Virus record (IMG/VR): IMGVR_UViG_3300032267_001178
Span: 8,959 to 72,958 of that record
DNA: 64,000 nucleotides
Direction: 5' to 3' (one strand)
DNA from: a virus
Shown: positions 10,144 through 20,209 of the stretch, piece by piece
Position numbering within the stretch: the stretch's first letter is position 1
Layout: every line of letters begins with the position of its first letter
Made by a program: the position numbers and the translations under genes
Notes under the pieces: model-generated
Told to the model about the DNA's origin: nothing
Seen by the model: the letters and a program-made list of their open reading frames with translations, nothing else
The model's database searches: none

Positions 10144-11718
10144 ATGATCACATTAGACACAGCTCACGACCCGGCCATTAAAGCGCAGCTTACAAAAACA
10201 AGCAAGGGAAAAAAATCGAAAAAACATCGCAATCTTTTCCGCTCTGTGCCTCGGGCAGTGCGCGAGAAACTCCTGGAGGAAGCCAAGCCTCTGTGGACTG
10301 AAACCCAGCCTGTGTCTGTTGCTCCTGTGCAGGAGATTATGCAGCGTGACGGATTGGGAATGGCAGAGAAAATCATTCTTTCGTCGATGATGACGTCTGC
10401 TCCTGTTTTCGAACACACCATGGGTACGGTGCGTCGATTACTCTCAAAGGATGGATCAAAGAAGGCGGACGTAAAAACAGCCGCTAGGTATCTGAACATA
10501 CTTGAGAAAAAAGGTTATATCAGGCGGGAACACATTGCCGGGCGAAATGGTGGGTACTACCGCTACCTCCTTGAGACTCTCTTTTTGACCCCCTATGGGA
10601 AAAATTCCCAACATAATAGAATCTTATTAGATTCTACTCCTAACCTCACCGACCAAGTCGGTGAGAGGAATGAAGAGGGGTCTAACGAGAGTTCCGGGAA
10701 AGGTAGGATCACTAAGGCTCAAAGCCATGCTAGATCTGCTGCTCAATCTTTGGTCCAGCCTGTGGGAGACATAAAATCTACTGTTAACAAAATACAGATA
10801 GATTCGAGAAGACCTTCAGGTTGGAAAAACAAACTCAAGTCAATCTACCTTTACGAAGAGGTGGACGAAGCTGCGGCGGAACGCCGCAAGCGGAAAGAAA
10901 ATCCCAGCCTCACAGACGGCCCGGAAAAAGCTAAAACCAAGGTAAAGTCCTCAAAGCATGCTGCGATTCATTGGCCTACGGCCAAAGCGTCACAGGCTAA
11001 CGCATTAGCCTGGATAAACTCTCATCCAGAAGGGCGTACACTTGCTACTAGGCTACTTGATATGTCTAACCAGATTGAGTGGACAGGTCCTCTTGCCCGG
11101 GCCTTGTTCAAGCGCTGGCAGTCCGGAGTTATCACCCCCGGTGTAGTGTTGAAGTTGCGTAAAGTGTTGGAAACCAAGCCAGAGGAAACTAGCTTGCGTT
11201 ATTTGATATTCCGCGGCGTAGCGTATCTGGAAAACAAATCGGCTCTCCTGCAGGCCGAGCAAGAAATTCTGGAGAATAAAATCACCAGTTTTGTTTTTGG
11301 TAATTACACAAGGCTTCACACGGACCTTCTGGTCGCCGAGAACTTGCTTCGTTTGTTACATTCCAGAAATGAAGTGGACTACGAGAATGTGTTTGCGACG
11401 ACCTCTGCAGCCATCCCGCGCTACGCTTTGCTGGCGTGCCTTAACGAGATGGGTTACAGAGATCTTGCCATGGAGTTTCAGTCCAGACGTGAGCTGTGCT
11501 TGGAGCAGGAGATGGCGGATAACTTCTTGATTTGGAGTAGCATGACCCGTTGCTACAAATCTGATCCAGACGTGTTCTTCTTCGATAAATCGTGCGCTAA
11601 CTCGTTACGCCATCGGGAGAAGTTTCTTTTGCAGCAGGAGTGCGCTATGTTTGGCTTGGACTACCAGCGTGTTGTTGACGGATACGTGAGCGCGGAAAGC
11701 TCCGAAGGTTGTGAATAA
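10144..11718 (+). CDS. Hypothetical protein. The track start at 10090 is TTG, so the start was moved to the first ATG-region candidate.
   Basis: Long ORF with a basic N-terminal segment KGKKSKKHRN. Confidence 0.4.
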   Translation: MITLDTAHDPAIKAQLTKTSKGKKSKKHRNLFRSVPRAVREKLLEEAKPLWTETQPVSVAPVQEIMQRDGLGMAEKIILSSMMTSAPVFEHTMGTVRRLLSKDGSKKADVKTAARYLNILEKKGYIRREHIAGRNGGYYRYLLETLFLTPYGKNSQHNRILLDSTPNLTDQVGERNEEGSNESSGKGRITKAQSHARSAAQSLVQPVGDIKSTVNKIQIDSRRPSGWKNKLKSIYLYEEVDEAAAERRKRKENPSLTDGPEKAKTKVKSSKHAAIHWPTAKASQANALAWINSHPEGRTLATRLLDMSNQIEWTGPLARALFKRWQSGVITPGVVLKLRKVLETKPEETSLRYLIFRGVAYLENKSALLQAEQEILENKITSFVFGNYTRLHTDLLVAENLLRLLHSRNEVDYENVFATTSAAIPRYALLACLNEMGYRDLAMEFQSRRELCLEQEMADNFLIWSSMTRCYKSDPDVFFFDKSCANSLRHREKFLLQQECAMFGLDYQRVVDGYVSAESSEGCE

Positions 11719-11724
11719 TTTAAA

Positions 11725-12954
11725 ATGCACTCAGAAAATGTCTCCAAGTCAGAAGGCTTGGCAGAGTCCGACATCCCAAGGGAAGTTATGTTGTTGGCCA
11801 GATCTCTGGCTAGAATTCACGGTGAGGTCGTTGTGCGTAACGAAGCCCACGGACTACACCTCTATATGGCTAGCCCCACGGCGCTTGAGAGGGATGGCCT
11901 GAGAGAAATCCAAAGCCGTCACCTCACTGTTAATGCTGATAGGTACTTAGGGCGAGGTCAATGGCAGAACCGAGTCGGGACTTACGACCGTGATCGGTCT
12001 GCTGTTTGCCATAAGTACGGTACCAAATTCAGCGTATCCGACCTGCAGCAATTTCCTCCGTTGGAGCAAAGAGGGGTGCAGGACGTAAAAAGAACTGTGC
12101 TTAACAACGCGGTAGATCGTGAAAAATATCTTATCGACGACGGCTTAGGGCATCGTATCCCGAATCACCCAGGTACGATAATCCCGGTTATGGAGCTCCC
12201 AGCGGATCACCCTGCTATCGGTTACATTCGCTCCAGGGGGTACGATCCTGCGGTGCTAGCCTACCAGTTTCGCTGCGGTTTCTGTCAAACCGAGACGCCT
12301 GAAAACGCAGACATAAAATTGTTTTACAAGAAGTTACCAGGAGGTTTCAAAGACACTCCGCAAGGTCGTCTTGTTTTCCACGTCGACGTACATGGTGTAC
12401 AGGAGGGCTGGCAGGCACGCATATTGGAAAAAACTGAGGGTAATCACAAGTACCACTGGCACCCTTACGCCTGGAGGTGGGTGCTTACGCACGTACTAGA
12501 TGGTAATAACTGGGTGTTACTTCCGGAATACCAAAATTGCCCTTACATCTGGAAACCTTCTAAATACAGATCTGCGAATGCGATGCAGCGTAGTCGCGTT
12601 GTCATGGGCTACGATGCGGCTGTTAGCTGGAACAAACGCTACTTCCCCGGCTCGCCATTTTGTATACTGGTGGAAGGGCCACTAGACGCCGGGAGGTTTG
12701 GGCCTCCTGCTTGCGCGTTTCTAGGAAAATATTTAAATGAGGGTCAGGGCGATTTGATTGCAAAAGCCTTCCGCCGGGTTATATACCTTACGGACAATGA
12801 CGCCGCGGGAAGAGAATCTGAAGCCTCTATTTTGCGCTCCCTGGACGGTAAAGTAGATCTCCGAAAAGCGTCCGTCCCTGCCAACTTTAAAGACGTTGGC
12901 GAGATGATTCGCGGAGACGCTTGGGATCTGGTAAAAGAACACATCCCAACTTAA
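11725..12954 (+). CDS. DnaG-type DNA primase (TOPRIM).
   Basis: TOPRIM motifs ILVEGPLDA (E) and IYLTDNDAAGRE (DxD). Confidence 0.7.
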   Translation: MHSENVSKSEGLAESDIPREVMLLARSLARIHGEVVVRNEAHGLHLYMASPTALERDGLREIQSRHLTVNADRYLGRGQWQNRVGTYDRDRSAVCHKYGTKFSVSDLQQFPPLEQRGVQDVKRTVLNNAVDREKYLIDDGLGHRIPNHPGTIIPVMELPADHPAIGYIRSRGYDPAVLAYQFRCGFCQTETPENADIKLFYKKLPGGFKDTPQGRLVFHVDVHGVQEGWQARILEKTEGNHKYHWHPYAWRWVLTHVLDGNNWVLLPEYQNCPYIWKPSKYRSANAMQRSRVVMGYDAAVSWNKRYFPGSPFCILVEGPLDAGRFGPPACAFLGKYLNEGQGDLIAKAFRRVIYLTDNDAAGRESEASILRSLDGKVDLRKASVPANFKDVGEMIRGDAWDLVKEHIPT

Positions 12955-12972
12955 ACAAAAGAATGTTAGCGT

Positions 12973-15900
12973 ATGGAATATCAGAAACGAGTCTACAGGA
13001 ACGAACGTCCTCCAGACCCAAAACAACCAGACTACGGTGAGCGTCCGCCCACCAAAATAGATTCCACCGGATATAAAAAAGGCGGTATCTATTACGTGGC
13101 CGGGGTAGGTCCAAAGCCTGCGCAGATTATGTTTATCGCACCTTCTCTCCTTGAGGAGGAAGCCGCCACGAAAGCCGAAAGTGTCACTGGGCGTACTATT
13201 ACGCAAGACGGTGCTTACTTACGCGGACAGGCGGGCGCGGTTTTCAAAGACTTGGCTTCCAGCGTGGGTATAGAAATGCAGGAATGCTATTTCACTGCCT
13301 GGTGTAAATGGTTGCTTCCTAAAAATAACAGGAGCAATCCCACCAACGAGCAAATGGATTGGGGAAGGCAGGCTCTCATGCGGGAGATTCAAGAAGTAAA
13401 ACCTGCAATCATTGTTTGCCTTGGAGGTAAGAAAATATTTGATGAGCTCTCCGGTATTACAGTGAAAGCCAAGGATGTCCGTGGAGGTTGGTTTCTCCAT
13501 CACGACTCCGGCGCCAAGGTGTATCTGATGGAGAACATGGCTTTACCTCTCATAAAGCCAGAGTATCTGGAAAAGTTTCGCGTGGATCTACGCAGTATCT
13601 GTAGGTTGTCCATGTCACTTTCCGGCATTGATGTTTACACACAGCCAACGAACTACATCACCATTAATAATTCTAATGAGATGCAGAAGTTGGTAGCCAT
13701 GTGGGCTTCCAAAAATATAAGATTGTTTTCGGTAGACTGTGAGTGGCATGGGAGTAACCACGTGAACGGACAGCTTAGGTCTATCCAATTTTGCTGGGCT
13801 CCAGGCGAAGCGGTTTACATCAGGTTCATGGATGATGCCTTGAACTATGTGTTCGACGTGGATTACCAAAAGGCGGGTATGCTTCTTGGTTCCTGGCTGA
13901 ACCGACCAGAATGCAAATACATAGGGCACCATTTTCCTGCGGATGCCCCGTGGATGTATTCGTGGCTAGGATTGGATTGGTACAACAAGTGCGTCTTTGA
14001 CACGGAGTTCGCACAGCAGACCGCCGACGAATATGAGGAACTAGGCCTTGAGCGCCTGGCCATGAAGTACACGGATTTGGGGCGTTATGACATTGAGCTG
14101 ACTTTGTGGAAAAAACAAAGCAAAGGCTTGTCCTCGGGTGGATATGGGCGTGTACCGGATGAGATACTTATTCCGTATGCTTGCCGTGACGTGGACACTG
14201 TAATGCGGGCTTATCCTTACATTTATGATAACTTACGTAAACAGGGATTGCTCGACTACTACCACGAAATATTCTTACCGTTTACGTCTAATATATTCAC
14301 GACGTTCTCTTTGCTCGGACTACCTATCGACATTGAGCAAATGTCAGAACTTCGTGAGCTCTACAGTTTTGCTAGGCAGAACTTGGAAGTAGCTCTTCGC
14401 ATTGCAATGCACGAGGAGGCTAAAAGTTTGCTGCTGCGTGAAATGTTCTTGATCAAAGGGAACCTTACAGGCCCGCAGACTGTGGAACTACTTGAGCTGC
14501 ATAAGGAAGTTATTGGGCAAATAGCTACAGGTGACGATGTAGACGATCCTTGGATGCTTGTGAAGCGCTACGTCGGCGTATCAGGAGTTGCCCGGATAAA
14601 ACCGTTCTTCGATCATTTAGTGGCTTCGCCAAGTTTTAATCTCAGAAGCAAGCCTCAAATGATGCGATGGCTTTTCGAGGTCAAAGGCTACATGCCTATT
14701 AAATCCACCAACAAAAAGGAAAAAGGATTGCCTTCGGTTTCTTGGGACCGGGTTATAAGGATGCCGCCGGAAGCTCGTAAAGAGTATTCTCCTTCCACAG
14801 ACATACAAACCTTGGAGATATTGTATGAGACTCATAATGATTCGGTTTTGGGATATTTGATCCGCCTTAACGCTGTGGGTAATATTACTAAGCAATTCCT
14901 CAAGGAGCCCATTACCGACGATGAAGGCAACATCACCCAAGAACGAGGATTACATGAGTCGCTTTGTTCGGACGGATGTGTCCACGGACAGATGAGTACA
15001 ACGGAGACCGGACGCCCAAGAAGCTGGAATCCAAATATTCTTAACTGGCCTTCCTGGGTTAACGACAAGATCACTGAGGGTATCCAGATTGCTCTAAAGC
15101 AAGCGGATGCAATTGGCACTTTGCCTGAAGCTTTCCGGAAATATTTGGAAACCAAACCTCCATCCATACGTTCTTGCGTCAAAGCTCCGGATGGCTGGTG
15201 TTTCGTGGAATCCGATTACCAGACTGCTGAGATCAGAGGGTTGGCGTTCATCAGCGGCGATGAGAATCTCATTCGCATCATGACTGAACCCGACCAGCAA
15301 TATAGAAAGATAAAAACAGAGAATGGGCAGGCTAAATTTGTTCGAGTTCTGTTTGACAATTTGCTCGGGATTTCAGAGGAATTGTACGGGCACCTTCTTT
15401 CGCCCGACGCCGACTTCGATGTAGATGCGGAAGGTAATTACATTTCTCCACAAGCAGACTTGCACTGGTCTCTGGCAGAAATGGTTACGCACAAGCCTCG
15501 TGAAATATTGAATAAGGATGTAGAGCGTAAGGGACTCGGTAAGGTGGGAAATTTCTCCTCTGCCTACGGAGCTTCTCCTACGACCCTAGAGCGAAAGATT
15601 GAGCAAGATACTGGCGTAAAACCCGAAGAAGGTACTGGGCAAGCGGTTCTAGATGCGCTACGGTTACGCCAGCCTGTGGCTGTAGCATTCTTGGAGCACA
15701 TGGAAAATGTTCCCGCGGAAGTGGGACATTATCGAAGTCCTTCCGGGCGTATACGTCACTGCCCCATGGCTACCGCCGTGGGAAGAGATGCGAAAAATTA
15801 CCTCGCATCTCTTGGGCGGGAAATGAGAAATTTCCCGATGCAAAATAACGTGGCGGACACCGCCGCAAGGGCCGCCAATTGGTTGTTGGATTACTTTGTA

Positions 15901-16137
15901 GCCAACGCCATGCAAGCAAGGCCCCTTATTGTGTTATATGATTCTGTAGTAACCCTGTGTCCGATATCGGAAGCACAAAAGGTTGCGGAAATGCACCAAA
16001 TTTTTATGTGCGATATGAACACTTGGACAGTGGAAAATAGGACATTCAATTACCCTATTGACACGGATTACGTAAAACGATGGAGCACGAAACCAAACGC
16101 CGAAGAAAGGCTTGAACTCGATAGCGTTCTGTCGTAA
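12973..16137 (+). CDS. polA: Family-A DNA polymerase with 3'-5' exonuclease and an N-terminal UDG-family-4-like domain.
   Basis: ExoI FSVDCEWHG; motif A DYQTAEIRGLAFISGDENL; motif B RKGLGKVGNFSSAYGAS; motif C region LIVLYDSVV. N-terminal residues about 30-190 align to the UDG family 4 pattern (ECYFTAWCKW...PAIIVCLGGKKIFDEL). Confidence 0.85.
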   Translation: MEYQKRVYRNERPPDPKQPDYGERPPTKIDSTGYKKGGIYYVAGVGPKPAQIMFIAPSLLEEEAATKAESVTGRTITQDGAYLRGQAGAVFKDLASSVGIEMQECYFTAWCKWLLPKNNRSNPTNEQMDWGRQALMREIQEVKPAIIVCLGGKKIFDELSGITVKAKDVRGGWFLHHDSGAKVYLMENMALPLIKPEYLEKFRVDLRSICRLSMSLSGIDVYTQPTNYITINNSNEMQKLVAMWASKNIRLFSVDCEWHGSNHVNGQLRSIQFCWAPGEAVYIRFMDDALNYVFDVDYQKAGMLLGSWLNRPECKYIGHHFPADAPWMYSWLGLDWYNKCVFDTEFAQQTADEYEELGLERLAMKYTDLGRYDIELTLWKKQSKGLSSGGYGRVPDEILIPYACRDVDTVMRAYPYIYDNLRKQGLLDYYHEIFLPFTSNIFTTFSLLGLPIDIEQMSELRELYSFARQNLEVALRIAMHEEAKSLLLREMFLIKGNLTGPQTVELLELHKEVIGQIATGDDVDDPWMLVKRYVGVSGVARIKPFFDHLVASPSFNLRSKPQMMRWLFEVKGYMPIKSTNKKEKGLPSVSWDRVIRMPPEARKEYSPSTDIQTLEILYETHNDSVLGYLIRLNAVGNITKQFLKEPITDDEGNITQERGLHESLCSDGCVHGQMSTTETGRPRSWNPNILNWPSWVNDKITEGIQIALKQADAIGTLPEAFRKYLETKPPSIRSCVKAPDGWCFVESDYQTAEIRGLAFISGDENLIRIMTEPDQQYRKIKTENGQAKFVRVLFDNLLGISEELYGHLLSPDADFDVDAEGNYISPQADLHWSLAEMVTHKPREILNKDVERKGLGKVGNFSSAYGASPTTLERKIEQDTGVKPEEGTGQAVLDALRLRQPVAVAFLEHMENVPAEVGHYRSPSGRIRHCPMATAVGRDAKNYLASLGREMRNFPMQNNVADTAARAANWLLDYFVANAMQARPLIVLYDSVVTLCPISEAQKVAEMHQIFMCDMNTWTVENRTFNYPIDTDYVKRWSTKPNAEERLELDSVLS

Positions 16138-16186
16138 AGAAAAAAACACCGCCGACGTTGCGGACCAATAACGTCATTAACAGCAA

Positions 16187-17758
16187 ATGCAAAATAACCA
16201 AATGGGGCCTCCTCGCCCCTCGTTCAATAAAGAGACCGCAAGGTCTTGGATGGATTACTTCCAACCCGGAGTTACGGCCTTCGTACCTACGGCAAAGAAA
16301 ACGTTCGTAGGGAGGATTCTTCCCGGCTTCGACTGGCGCTTCCCTGCGGATAGCGCTGAGTTCAAAAACGCAGTAATCCCTTATCGTGATTCCGCTACGG
16401 AGGATCCAGAAACCAAACAAGGAGTGCTCAACTCCTTCTTCATTCGTGTGCCTGCCTATTCCTGGTTCGGCAATGCGAAGGCGCGGTTTCTCTCTCCAGC
16501 TGCGCGTCGTAATATGGTGGAGCCTTACGAAGCTTCCGATCTGTGGGACCCTGTTACTGATGTACGCAATTTTGCACTGCAAAGCGCGAACCCCGACATC
16601 AAGAACTTGGCCAAGAAGCCCGTCTCCGCCAAGGAAGGCCCGGTGCTCCCCTACCCAGGATGGAAGTGTCTGTTCAACTATTATGGCCACGATGTGACCG
16701 AGCATGGGTGGAAAAACGCCGTGATTGTCGTATCCGACACCGGCGGTACTGACCTCGTCGACAAACTCTCAGAGTGGCGTCCCGGTATTGAATCGGTTGT
16801 GGATACGGAATGGCCTGACTATCTCTTTGGTGACATTACTCACCCCGAGACGGGATTGCTGACAACTGCAGCACAGATTCCAGGTAACCCACAGGCTTTC
16901 AGCGGCTTCACTTTGACCAGCGGGACTCATAAGTCGGCGCAGGGAGTGCAGCGTATGGCTGTGCCCCCTCAGGCGGTGCAGGGGCGTTACAATATTTGGT
17001 CTTCGGATTGTCTGAAGATCTACACTTATCAGGAGCTTGTGGATTTCCTCGTAGAGGATGGGGCTATTCCCTACGAGCTGGTACAGCAAGCTTGTGGTGG
17101 TCGTTCCAATGTTGGTAAAAAGCCAACTTCGTTCGCGGCAGCTACGCAACCATGGCAGACAGCAGATGTGGTGTCCAACGCGATGCCTGCTCCTCCTACG
17201 CCCGCTCCCGCACCTGCTCCCCCTGCTCCTGCTCCTGCATTCATTGCAGGGAAGAAGTTCTGGGTGACTGATATGACAACCAACACGGTACTTTCTGGTC
17301 TTCAAACAGAACAGGATGTCGCCGAGAAAGTGTCGCAGGGGGCTCAATATTTCCTGATGTCGGAGGATCAGTCTGGCGGGTGGATGCCAGCCTCTACGTT
17401 TGGATTTATGCCTCCGGCACCCGCAGCACCTGCACCCGCAGCGCCTGTGGCTATGCCCGCACCTGCGGCACCCGCACCTGCGGCACCCGCAGCTATGCCT
17501 GCACCTGCGGCACCTGTAGCGCCAGTTGCTCCTGTTGTACCCATGTCTATGCCTTCTGCACCTCCGACTCCGGAGTTGCCGCAGCAAGCTAAAAGTGCAA
17601 TAGAGATGTCACTGGCTATCCAGGCGGGTAACGTGCTTCCTCGTACCGAAATCCAGCAAACTCGTTTTACTGAGCTTTCGGAAAAAGGATACGCCAATCT
17701 CTCGATTGAAGAAACGCGTGAGTACTTGGAGTTGAATACCATTTACGGAGCGCTGTAA
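16187..17758 (+). CDS. Hypothetical protein with two Pro/Ala-rich linker repeats.
   Basis: PAPPTPAPAPAPPAPAPA and PPAPAAPAPAAPVAMPAPAAPAPAAPAAMPAPAAPVAPVAPVVP low-complexity tracts flank a roughly 55-aa domain. Confidence 0.5.
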   Translation: MQNNQMGPPRPSFNKETARSWMDYFQPGVTAFVPTAKKTFVGRILPGFDWRFPADSAEFKNAVIPYRDSATEDPETKQGVLNSFFIRVPAYSWFGNAKARFLSPAARRNMVEPYEASDLWDPVTDVRNFALQSANPDIKNLAKKPVSAKEGPVLPYPGWKCLFNYYGHDVTEHGWKNAVIVVSDTGGTDLVDKLSEWRPGIESVVDTEWPDYLFGDITHPETGLLTTAAQIPGNPQAFSGFTLTSGTHKSAQGVQRMAVPPQAVQGRYNIWSSDCLKIYTYQELVDFLVEDGAIPYELVQQACGGRSNVGKKPTSFAAATQPWQTADVVSNAMPAPPTPAPAPAPPAPAPAFIAGKKFWVTDMTTNTVLSGLQTEQDVAEKVSQGAQYFLMSEDQSGGWMPASTFGFMPPAPAAPAPAAPVAMPAPAAPAPAAPAAMPAPAAPVAPVAPVVPMSMPSAPPTPELPQQAKSAIEMSLAIQAGNVLPRTEIQQTRFTELSEKGYANLSIEETREYLELNTIYGAL

Positions 17759-17776
17759 TTCCGCATAAACGGTGTG

Positions 17777-17808
17777 AGCCCGAGCCGAAAATTCGGGCTA
17801 ATTTTTTA
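17777..17808 (+). terminator. Rho-independent terminator.
   Basis: AGCCCGA-gccgaaaat-TCGGGCT followed by AATTTTTTAT, sitting directly before the next ATG. Confidence 0.7.
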
Positions 17809-19355
17809 TGCCAAGACCAAAGAAAATAGTCGATGTCGCTGTGGCAGAGCCACCAAAGAAACGCGGAAGGAAGAAAAAATCCGACGCGCTGGTAGGCGAG
17901 GCTGTAGTTGCGGATTCGCCGCTCCAATATGACAGCGAACGCAATCACGTTATTGCTAGTAGAGCACCGGATCTCGGGTTTGATATTCTGGATCCCAAGA
18001 ATGATATCATGACTAATGCTGCCAAGGTTTTGTCTTCTGTCGTAGCTAGAAGAAAGAATCAAAGCATTGGTATGGCTCCGGCGTCCGAGATTCGTCAGAA
18101 TGTGCTCTGGGTGCCTGAGTTTGAGCTTCAACACACGATGGGGTTCGTTGGTATCCCTCACGGCAGCATGACGGAGCTCATTGCCCCGGAAGGTGTTGGT
18201 AAGACTTCACTCGTCTTCACCATTGCAGGTTGGGCAATGAACGTCGGCGCTCCAGTTGTATACGTGGAGTGCGAGGGTAAGCAAATGCCTCCTTCGCGCA
18301 TTGTACGTATGTTGAGCTCTGACCCTAAAAAGGCGCTGCTGATGCTGGACCGTCTTCGGGTGGAGAGTATCTCTTCCCTGGAGCACCTAAACAAGTTCAT
18401 CATCGATTACGTTGATGCTATGCGTGGCAGAAAGCCTCTCAAGGAATATCCTGTACACGTACCGAATCATATCCCGCTGGTGATCATTGTAGATCCGTGG
18501 TCGCGCCTGATGAACCAGGACGAGGCTGCGATGTTCTACGATTACGGCGATAACCTTGATGCCAAAAAGAATAAGTACAAGGAGACCAATACCGGGACAA
18601 AACTTGGGCATGCTCAGTTTGCTTCCGCCTGGTGTCGACGTCTGGCTTATATGGCCGCCAAGGACAACCTTATCCTCATCCTGACGCAGCACCAAACCGA
18701 AGACTTGAAGTCAGCCATGGCCATGAGCTACGGGCCAAAGATTGTTTTACCAGAATCCATTACTGGGCTTTCTAACAAAACGCATATCGGAGGGCGTGCA
18801 TTGCACCAGTGGGCAACTCAGCAATGGGTAATGACCAAAAGGAGTAACGCGAAGTTTGCCGACAAGACGGCTTCTGGTAAGAATGTAAACATGGCCGTGG
18901 TAAAGAATTCTATCGGAGCTGAAGCCAAGAAGATGTATTTCGAGATTCGCGCGGAGCACCGCGAGGATGTACCCGGAGTATACCTAGAGCCAGGTTTGCA
19001 TTTCGAAGATAGCTTTGCTCGCTGGTTTACAACGAACAAATATCTTGGTTCGAAGATGGACACGAGCGGAGACACCTTCACTTGTGAGGACATGGGGCTA
19101 CGCGCAGTTGATGCTGCGGAATTCCACCGAGTGTTTCATCAGAGTGATGAACTCCGCACGCAGGTAGGTAGTATGCTTAGGATTGAAGGTTATCTGGATA
19201 CCGTAGAAAAAATACGGGCCGAGCTAATATCTCAAAGCGCTGCTGCTTCCCAGGAAGTGAATGTTATCCCCCCAGAACCTCCGGCAACGTATGAAGAATA
19301 CGTAGAAGAGTTTGCGGGATCGGACGCAGAAGACATTGTCGAGGTGTATGAGTAG
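17808..19355 (+). CDS. RecA-superfamily ATPase, a recombinase candidate.
   Basis: ELIAPEGVGKTSLVFTIAGW (RecA-like Walker A context), VIIVDPWS Walker B-like, and a basic N-terminal tail PKKRGRKKKSD. Confidence 0.5.
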   Translation: MPRPKKIVDVAVAEPPKKRGRKKKSDALVGEAVVADSPLQYDSERNHVIASRAPDLGFDILDPKNDIMTNAAKVLSSVVARRKNQSIGMAPASEIRQNVLWVPEFELQHTMGFVGIPHGSMTELIAPEGVGKTSLVFTIAGWAMNVGAPVVYVECEGKQMPPSRIVRMLSSDPKKALLMLDRLRVESISSLEHLNKFIIDYVDAMRGRKPLKEYPVHVPNHIPLVIIVDPWSRLMNQDEAAMFYDYGDNLDAKKNKYKETNTGTKLGHAQFASAWCRRLAYMAAKDNLILILTQHQTEDLKSAMAMSYGPKIVLPESITGLSNKTHIGGRALHQWATQQWVMTKRSNAKFADKTASGKNVNMAVVKNSIGAEAKKMYFEIRAEHREDVPGVYLEPGLHFEDSFARWFTTNKYLGSKMDTSGDTFTCEDMGLRAVDAAEFHRVFHQSDELRTQVGSMLRIEGYLDTVEKIRAELISQSAAASQEVNVIPPEPPATYEEYVEEFAGSDAEDIVEVYE

Positions 19356-19809
19356 AAGTTCTAATAACAGCATCCCCAAGGCTAGTGACCACATGTTTGT
19401 GTCGGCTTTGGAGAAGCTCTCCGCAGTACCAGCCAAAGGGCTGGGGCTGCGGGACTACTTAGAGTATCTTGACCAAGTTCCTCACACGTTGCTGGACTTA
19501 CCCTGCATATATTCGAAATTGATTGTCGCTTATGAACGACTGCCAATTTTATTTAATGTCTTTAACCCTAGGCCTAGAGACATTTTACTTTCCATATTGG
19601 GAGACGCACAAGAGTCTCCATTTTTAATGTATGATGCTGGTCTCTCTGGACCAGAAGGATTGTTCATTGTGATGCAAGGTGATCTTGATTCCAATGCACA
19701 TCAGGTCTGGATAGACCGCATGCGCCAAGCAAAATACATGCTAAATACGCACCCGCGTTTTGGTATACTTTTTGCAGGCGCTCTAACTTCGTTTCCGAAT
19801 GCCGGATAG
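19312..19809 (+). CDS. Hypothetical protein.
   Basis: 165-aa ORF. Confidence 0.35.
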   Translation: MRDRTQKTLSRCMSRSSNNSIPKASDHMFVSALEKLSAVPAKGLGLRDYLEYLDQVPHTLLDLPCIYSKLIVAYERLPILFNVFNPRPRDILLSILGDAQESPFLMYDAGLSGPEGLFIVMQGDLDSNAHQVWIDRMRQAKYMLNTHPRFGILFAGALTSFPNAG

Positions 19810-20209
19810 CCATAAACAAGACGCAGATTTATTCCAAGGTTGGATCGAGCTTTTATTCAGAAAGAATGCTGCCCCGAAGCCAACCAATTTTTCGCAGTTA
19901 TTGGAAAAGTATTATGAGCGTAAAGGTTCTATACTTCCTATGTGCGAATACTGCACACCATTCGATGTGTACAGACAATTCAAAGATCCTAACGAAGAGT
20001 TCCCGCAAGGGTTAAAATCTTACGATATAATCAACTTCTGTGGTACCGAACAAAAACGAATAGTTACGGTAGTATTACTACCACCGGATACTATCAAGAA
20101 ATGGGAACGTCCGGATTGCTATGCTCAGTGCATACCGGATACACCTTTGGGTATTATGACGTTGCCCAGAATGTTCGATTCGTTCTATTTAAAGTACAAG
20201 AATGAATGA
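19799..20209 (+). CDS. Hypothetical protein.
   Basis: 136-aa ORF overlapping its neighbours. Confidence 0.35.
   Translation: MPDSHKQDADLFQGWIELLFRKNAAPKPTNFSQLLEKYYERKGSILPMCEYCTPFDVYRQFKDPNEEFPQGLKSYDIINFCGTEQKRIVTVVLLPPDTIKKWERPDCYAQCIPDTPLGIMTLPRMFDSFYLKYKNE

Noticed and set aside
16055-17587. Long minus-strand ORFs (16055..16705 of 216 aa, and 16769..17587 of 272 aa, Cys/Arg-rich).
   Set aside because: They lie antisense to well-supported plus-strand genes (polymerase C-terminus and the PA-repeat protein). Their composition (runs of RRCRRH) is the mirror of the Pro/Ala codon repeats. They have no start context, so they are shadow ORFs.
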